This document shows positions 59,044-64,000 of a stretch of DNA of 64,000 nucleotides, one piece after another. The stretch is from positions 2,261 through 66,260 of the forward strand of contig JBMOOH010000005.1 in NCBI GenBank assembly GCA_049323795.1. Reading direction: 5' to 3'. The translations under genes and the position numbers were made by a program. Position 1 is the first letter of the stretch. The number at the start of each line of letters is the position of its first letter. The DNA is from Pseudomonadota bacterium (lineage in GTDB: Bacteria > Pseudomonadota > Alphaproteobacteria > Rhodobacterales > Rhodobacteraceae). The notes beneath the pieces were generated by a model that was given only the letters and a program-made list of their open reading frames with translations, made no database searches and was not told the origin of the DNA.

Positions 59044-59397
59044 TCAGGTTGCGAGGGCCTTCGGAGGCGGGCCGGGCGGCGGGACCGCGAGCGAGGCGGC
59101 CAGGACATCGCCGCGGGGACCGGATGCCGCCACCTGTGCCAGCGCAAGCGCGGCCGCGGGCGGCGCAGGCAGGATTGCGGCGCCCGGCAGGCAATGCTGC
59201 TGGCAGACCATGGCCTGCCCCGGGTCCGCAAATCCTTCGTTCGTCATGACATGGCCTTCGTGACCGACCGCCGCCATCATGCCGGCATGCCCGACCTGCA
59301 TCGGCGGCTTTCCGGCAGAGAGCCCCGCGAGGGGCAGGATCAGCGCCAGGACCACGACCAGGACGAGCGCCGGAAGGCGAAAGATCGGGAACGGCAT
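59044..59397 (-). CDS. cutF: CutF-like small exported protein (CxxxC motif, proline-rich C-terminus)
   Basis: 117 aa: signal/TM MPFPIFRLPALVLVVVLALILPLAG, a His/Met stretch, CQQHC, and a C-terminus ending in PPPGPPPKALAT. ATG at 59397. It is the 3' part of track ORF 59044..59667. Confidence 0.7.
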   Translation of the reverse strand: MPFPIFRLPALVLVVVLALILPLAGLSAGKPPMQVGHAGMMAAVGHEGHVMTNEGFADPGQAMVCQQHCLPGAAILPAPPAAALALAQVAASGPRGDVLAASLAVPPPGPPPKALAT

Positions 59398-59481
59398 CAA
59401 TGCTCCGGCCACGGGGACACGATCTGAATTTGGGTGTCGCATGCGCCGGGTCAAGCCCCGGGCGACCCTCGGGCTGCGACA

Positions 59482-59516
59482 GATTGCCAGCCCCTGACGG
59501 ATTGCCGGCCCCTGCC
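59482..59516. promoter_or_regulatory. two 17-bp direct repeats (gattgccRgcccctgMc, 18-bp period) in the cutF/copG divergent region
   Basis: Read directly: 59482-59498 and 59500-59516, with 15/17 identity. Confidence 0.35.
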
Positions 59517-59681
59517 GTCCGGTTTCCCCTGCGGCCGGCTTGCGCACCGGTCCGGTACGGACGGAGGTGCCGGTCCGGGCGCGGCCGGGCGGCAATCGGC
59601 GGCGGAGGCGGCTGCCCCCTCGCAACCGCGGGCGCGACGGGGTAAGGTCGGTGCCGAGAGATATCACAGGAGGTGGACGAC

Positions 59682-60170
59682 ATGGCGATATCGCGGCGCC
59701 TGATCCTTTTGGCGGGGCCCTGGATTGCCGGGACGATGGCCCTGCCCCCGGCCGCGGGTCCGGCAGCGGCGGCTTCGGACGCGGGCAGCAGCATCCATGT
59801 CGTCAAGGACCCGGGCTGCCCCTGCTGCGGCGGCTGGATCGGTTATCTTCGCGACAACGGCTTCCGCGTGACCTTCGAGGAGCGAAGCGTCGAGGCCCTC
59901 GCCGCCTTCAAGCGCGAGCGCGGCATCCCGGAGGCCCTTTCCTCCTGCCATACCGCCACCATCGGCGACTACACGCTTGAAGGCCACGTTCCTGCCGCCG
60001 ACATCCGCCGGCTCGTGGCGGAAAGTCCGGCCGCAATCGGACTCTCGGTGCCCGGAATGGTCTCGGGCTCGCCCGGCATGGGGCCGGAATCCGAACGCGA
60101 CGCCTATGATGTCATCCTGATCGGGACGGACGGGCAGGCGACGGTGTTCACCGCCTATCCTGCGGCCTGA
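59682..60170 (+). CDS. copG: DUF411 copper-resistance protein CopG-like
   Basis: VKDPGCPCCGGWIGYL...SCHTATIGDYTLEGHVP...GLSVPGMVSGSPGM. ATG at 59682 is 8 nt after AGGAGG. The track ORF begins at a GTG at 59673. Confidence 0.8.
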   Translation: MAISRRLILLAGPWIAGTMALPPAAGPAAAASDAGSSIHVVKDPGCPCCGGWIGYLRDNGFRVTFEERSVEALAAFKRERGIPEALSSCHTATIGDYTLEGHVPAADIRRLVAESPAAIGLSVPGMVSGSPGMGPESERDAYDVILIGTDGQATVFTAYPAA

Positions 60171-60231
60171 CCACAGTCTCCTCCACCGGCTGGGCGCCAC
60201 CCGCAGAGCCGGGCGGCGCGATACCGGCAGG

Positions 60232-60792
60232 TCAGATCAGCTTCACCTGCGTCCCGACCGGAGCCCGCTCGTAGACCGCTTCGATCTGTTCGTTGTAGAG
60301 GCCGATGCAGCCGTTGGACGCCCGCCGACCGATCTTGCGCGCATCGTCGGTCCCGTGGATGCGATAGTACTGCCACGACAGGTAGAGCGCCCGGGTGCCA
60401 AGGGGGTTCTTCGGATCCCCGCCGGGCACGAATGCCGGCCATTCGGGGTTGCGCTTGCGCATCGACGGCGTGGGCGACCAGCTCGGGTTGACCCGCTTCT
60501 CGACAACTTCCGTGTAGCCCCTGCGGGTCAGTTCGTCGGTCAGCGGGACCGAGGTCGGGTAGACATACATCTGCCCGTCCGGGGTCCATTGCTGGAGGGC
60601 GCGGGTATTGGTGTCGGCGATGATGATGCCGAGGCCGATCCTGTCGAAGTGGTCCTGCCACTCGTGGACGCGGAAGGACGATGTGTTGTTCCTGACCCCG
60701 TCCAACTGATCTTCGGCCGCATTGGCCGCCCGGCCGATCACGAAGGGTGCGGCAAGGCCGGCCGCAACGAGGGCACGTCTTGTGAATCTCAT
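60232..60792 (-). CDS. L,D-transpeptidase (YkuD domain)
   Basis: Tat/Sec signal MRFTRRALVAAGLAAPFVIGRAANA and catalytic motif YRIHGT...SNGCIGL. ATG at 60792 with an AAGGAG SD. Confidence 0.85.
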   Translation of the reverse strand: MRFTRRALVAAGLAAPFVIGRAANAAEDQLDGVRNNTSSFRVHEWQDHFDRIGLGIIIADTNTRALQQWTPDGQMYVYPTSVPLTDELTRRGYTEVVEKRVNPSWSPTPSMRKRNPEWPAFVPGGDPKNPLGTRALYLSWQYYRIHGTDDARKIGRRASNGCIGLYNEQIEAVYERAPVGTQVKLI

Positions 60793-61099
60793 GGTCTGCT
60801 CCTTCTTTTTTTGCAGGGACTCCCCTTCCAACATGGAAAGGTCAATGCGCATTTCAGCCGCACCAGGTCACAAGCGGGTGAGGACGTGGCAGATTCGCCA
60901 TGTGATCCGGGGATCTGGCAGGTTCACCGCGAATTGATGCGCAGCATTGCTGCCGCCGGTGCCTATCCTGTGCCACTGCGGCGCGCGCCGTCCGGATTGG
61001 CCGTGACCGCGTTCCTCCGCACCGGACAGGTGGAGTCGGAATGCAGACTGGCCCAGGCCCCGGCGGGCCGATCCCCGCCCTCGATCGGACAATCGCGCC

Positions 61100-61867
61100 G
61101 TGAGCTTCAAGCGACGCGATCTCCTTGTCATCGTCGGTGCCATCGCGGCGGTCTACGGCCTGCGCGCCCTGCCGTGGGACCGGCTGTTCGGGCGCGGACC
61201 GGAGTACACCGACATCCCCGACGTCCCGCCGTTCCGCCGGCTTGCCTTCGTGGGGCAGACTTCGACGGTGCCCCCCGCCCTCGTCGGCATCGACGGGCCT
61301 TCTCCCGACGCCGATCTGCGCCGCAGCCGCGCCGAGGCGGCGAAGGCCGATCCCTGCCCCGGACTGTTCCGGAACGAACGGCAGGAAGGCATGACACCGA
61401 TCGCCTATTTCAGCGAGTTTCGCTGTCCCTACTGCCGCGCCCTCGAGCGTGATCTCGACCGGCTGCTGGCCGAGTTCCCCGGGGCCTTCCAGATCATCCA
61501 GCACGAGCTTCCGATCTTCGGGCCGCCATCGGAGCTTTTTGCGAGGGCGTCGGTGGCAGCGGCGCATCAGGGCAAGCAGCAGGAGCTGCGCCGCCGGTTC
61601 ATGCGGGTGCCCCTGGTCGCCGATCCCGCGTCGATCATCCGGGTGGCGTCCGACCTCGGGCTGGACAGCGGCCGCCTGACGCGGGACATGGCCTCGGCCG
61701 AGGTGCAGGCCGAGCTCGACACGACGCGGGCGCTGGCGGATGTCTTCGGTTTCGTCGGAACGCCGGGCCTGGTGGTGGGCCGGACCGTGCTGAACGGCGC
61801 GCTTCCCTACACGCTGCTCCGCCGCATCGCCGAGGACGAAAGAGCCCTGCCCCCCCTCGCCTGCTGA
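61100..61867 (+). CDS. DsbA-family thiol:disulfide oxidoreductase with an N-terminal membrane anchor
   Basis: FSEFRCPYCRALE (CPYC active site) and a C-terminal FGFVGTPGLVVG. GTG start at 61100. Confidence 0.8.
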   Translation: MSFKRRDLLVIVGAIAAVYGLRALPWDRLFGRGPEYTDIPDVPPFRRLAFVGQTSTVPPALVGIDGPSPDADLRRSRAEAAKADPCPGLFRNERQEGMTPIAYFSEFRCPYCRALERDLDRLLAEFPGAFQIIQHELPIFGPPSELFARASVAAAHQGKQQELRRRFMRVPLVADPASIIRVASDLGLDSGRLTRDMASAEVQAELDTTRALADVFGFVGTPGLVVGRTVLNGALPYTLLRRIAEDERALPPLAC

Positions 61868-61885
61868 CCCCGGTGCGCCGCGACG

Positions 61886-62470
61886 ATGAACACGCCTTCG
61901 CACATGCTGATCGGCGCCTCGGTCTTCGCGCGGCCGGCCGCGCCCGCCACCCTGGCGGCTGCGCTCGCGGGAGGGATCCTGCCCGATCTCCCGATGTTCA
62001 CGATGATCCTCTGGACCCGTTGGGTCGCAGGAGTGCCCGACCGCGAGATCTTCGGGCGGCTCTACTACTCGGACGCATGGCAGTCGGTGTTCGCGGTCGA
62101 TCACGGCTTCCTCTTCTGGGGAGCGATCCTCGCTGCCGCGCTGTGGCTGGGTGCTGCGGCCGTCAGGGCCTTCGCGGGGTCCGGCCTGCTCCATGCCGCG
62201 ACCGACTTCCTGACCCACAACGACGATGCGCGCCGCCAGTTCTGGCCGGTCTCGGACTGGAGGTTCCGCAGCCCGGTCAGCTACTGGGATCCGCGCTTCT
62301 ACGGCGAGGTGTTCGGCATCTTCGAGGTCGGGCTGGTCGTCGGTCTGGCAATCTTCCTATGCTGGCGATTCCGCCGGCTGTGGGAGCGCTCACTGATCCT
62401 GGCCACCGCCAGCCCGTTGCTTGTGCCGTTCCTGCTCACCGGCAGCCTGCACGGCCTGCATGGCATGTGA
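61886..62470 (+). CDS. integral membrane protein, possibly a DUF457/YdjM-like metal-dependent hydrolase
   Basis: MNTPSHMLIGASVF...LPDLPMF...HAATDFLTHNDD; 4-5 TM segments. Family assignment is tentative. Confidence 0.5.
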   Translation: MNTPSHMLIGASVFARPAAPATLAAALAGGILPDLPMFTMILWTRWVAGVPDREIFGRLYYSDAWQSVFAVDHGFLFWGAILAAALWLGAAAVRAFAGSGLLHAATDFLTHNDDARRQFWPVSDWRFRSPVSYWDPRFYGEVFGIFEVGLVVGLAIFLCWRFRRLWERSLILATASPLLVPFLLTGSLHGLHGM

Positions 62471-62480
62471 CGACCGGTGG

Positions 62481-62867
62481 TCAGATGCTTGCCACGACCT
62501 CGGTCAGCATCTGGCGGACCTGACCGGCCACCTGCTTCAGCGCCTGGTTCGGGATCGCCTGCATCGACGCCACCGGGTCGATGGCGCTGACCTCGATCCC
62601 GCCCGGAACCTCGCGCAGGATGACGTTGCAGGGCAGCATGGCGCCCACCTTCGGTTCCATGCCGATCGCCTGGTGCGCCATGCCCGGATTGCAGGCGCCG
62701 AGGATGCGGTAGCCTGGCATGTCCACATCCAGCTTCTTCTTCAGCGTCGCCTGCGCATCGATCTCGGTCAGGACGCCGAAGCCCCTGGCCGTCAGCGCGG
62801 CGCGGGTGCGCGCGTCGATGTCGTGCAGGCTGGCTCCGGGAAAGCTGCGGTCGATCGTATAGCTCAT
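62481..62867 (-). CDS. DUF302 domain protein
   Basis: 128 aa: ...GFGVLTEIDAQATLKKKLDVDMPGYRILGACNP...MLPCNVILRE... is the typical DUF302 pattern. Confidence 0.8.
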   Translation of the reverse strand: MSYTIDRSFPGASLHDIDARTRAALTARGFGVLTEIDAQATLKKKLDVDMPGYRILGACNPGMAHQAIGMEPKVGAMLPCNVILREVPGGIEVSAIDPVASMQAIPNQALKQVAGQVRQMLTEVVASI

Positions 62868-63037
62868 GCTAGGCCTCTTTCAGGATGTCCTGAGCGTCGA
62901 AGCATATCGGCACCCGGCGTCGAAGATCAGAATGGGTGTCTCGCGCCGCGCATTCAAGACCTGCGCCGTGACGCTTGCCGGCGCCCTCGCGTGCCGGGGG
63001 TGCCGCACCGCGCCTCTGGGCGGGCGGCGCTAGCCCA

Positions 63038-63988
63038 TCACCCGCGCCGGGCCGCAAGAACGATCCCGCCGAACGTCACAGCCATCCCGAACGCGGCCAG
63101 CGGGATCAGCCGCTCGCCCAGGAAAACGACGCTGATCGCCACGCCCAGAAGCGGCACGAGAAACGTGAAGGCATTCGCGGTGTTCAGCGGGCAGCGTCTG
63201 AGAATTCCGATCCAGAGCGCGAATGTGATCGCCGTTCCCCCGATGGCAAGGACAGCAACAATCACCAGAAAGCCGGACTCCAGAATACGCGGCGTCCACG
63301 GCTCGTAGAGGTAGGCAAGCACAGCCAGCGGGACCGTGCCGATAAGGAGCTGAAGCGCCGCCGCCGCAATCGGATCGACCTCCGCCGCGAAGCGTTTCGT
63401 CAGCGCGTTGCCAAAGGCGACGCCGAACGTCGCCGCGATGACGAGTGCGCTTCCGGCAACGGCGGTCGTGCCGCCCGCCACGATGTCCGGGAAGGTCATC
63501 ATCGCAATCCCCGCAAGCGACACGGACATGCCGATGACCTGCCACCTGCCGAAAGGCTGGCCGAACATGGCCAGAGCCAGCAGCGCGGCCACGATCGGCT
63601 GGGTCCCTGCGACCACTGTGGCGATGCCTGGCGCAATCAGACCGGCCGCGCCGAACATGCTCAGGAAGCCGAGCGAGGTGGCGGAAAGGCCGGACAGGGC
63701 CACAAGCAGCCAGACCCGCCTGCCGCGCGGAAACGGGCGGCGCAGGACGACGGCCAGCAGCAGCAGCGCAAGTCCCGCGATAACGGCGCGCAGCGCGGCA
63801 AATTGTATCGGCGGGGCGTACGAAAGCCCGATTGACAGAAGCGGGTAGCAAAGCGCGGTCAGCACCGCCATGACAATCAGGCTGAAGACCGTTGCAAGAC
63901 CGAGGTCCCCCCCGGCGTCCGCCCCGGAACGCGTCGCGTTAGCCGCCGACAGCAATGGCGGGCGCGCGCGACCAGTAGTCGATGGCAT
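63038..63988 (-). CDS. EamA/DMT-family transporter
   Basis: About 10 TM segments and two EamA-like halves (…ALRAVIAGLALLLL…, …LQLLIGTVPLAVL…). Start codon uncertain. Confidence 0.75.
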   Translation of the reverse strand: MPSTTGRARPPLLSAANATRSGADAGGDLGLATVFSLIVMAVLTALCYPLLSIGLSYAPPIQFAALRAVIAGLALLLLAVVLRRPFPRGRRVWLLVALSGLSATSLGFLSMFGAAGLIAPGIATVVAGTQPIVAALLALAMFGQPFGRWQVIGMSVSLAGIAMMTFPDIVAGGTTAVAGSALVIAATFGVAFGNALTKRFAAEVDPIAAAALQLLIGTVPLAVLAYLYEPWTPRILESGFLVIVAVLAIGGTAITFALWIGILRRCPLNTANAFTFLVPLLGVAISVVFLGERLIPLAAFGMAVTFGGIVLAARRG

Positions 63989-64000
63989 AGGCGATTTCCC

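Overview
GC-rich alphaproteobacterial chromosome segment (by eye about two-thirds G+C, not computed). It looks Rhodobacteraceae-like: lexA carries alpha-type GAAC-N7-GAAC SOS boxes, and there is a cutF-cutO-cutG multicopper-oxidase operon of the kind described for Rhodobacter capsulatus.

- 1-9.3 kb: housekeeping core (trpD-ung-trpC-moaC-moeA, lexA, comEC, gltX, gltA).
- 9.5-33 kb: a solo IS3-family orfA remnant at 9.5-9.8 kb, then about 24 kb of accessory-looking metal(loid)/redox genes. These are a Crp-family regulator, a Zn/Cd-type P1B ATPase with a divergent MerR regulator, and an arsR::arsC-gapdh-arsJ arsenate module. They continue with a Cu/Ag-type P1B ATPase whose N-terminal metal-binding module is tandemly duplicated, and a translationally coupled string of DUF3141, a small His-rich membrane protein, ackA, pta and fabI.
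- 26.4-33.1 kb (within that island): my best candidate for an undescribed system. A CorE-like Cys-rich ECF sigma factor heads a co-directional cluster of a sigma4-like Cys protein, an EB_dh haem-domain protein, a DUF2231-like membrane protein, an RquA-like atypical SAM enzyme, a cupredoxin with a Cys-rich ligand loop, a CcdA/DsbD-type membrane protein and a frameshifted FAD oxidoreductase.
- 33-56.7 kb: transporter operons. These are an AmiC/AmiR-controlled Dpp-type importer with a formamidase, a second Dpp/Opp-type importer preceded by a previously uncalled 64-aa Cys/His-rich ORF, a PotABCD-like importer, and a yhiI-rbbA-yhhJ-like exporter.
- 56.8-64 kb: cutFOG, copG (DUF411), an L,D-transpeptidase, a DsbA-like protein, a DUF302 protein and an EamA transporter.

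Nearly all genes between 14.5 and 59.4 kb lie on the minus strand. I saw no rRNA, tRNA or CRISPR array. Many long ORFs in the supplied track are antisense or out-of-frame shadow ORFs typical of GC-rich DNA and are not called. All family assignments come from reading motifs by eye and from memory of the families; no search was run.
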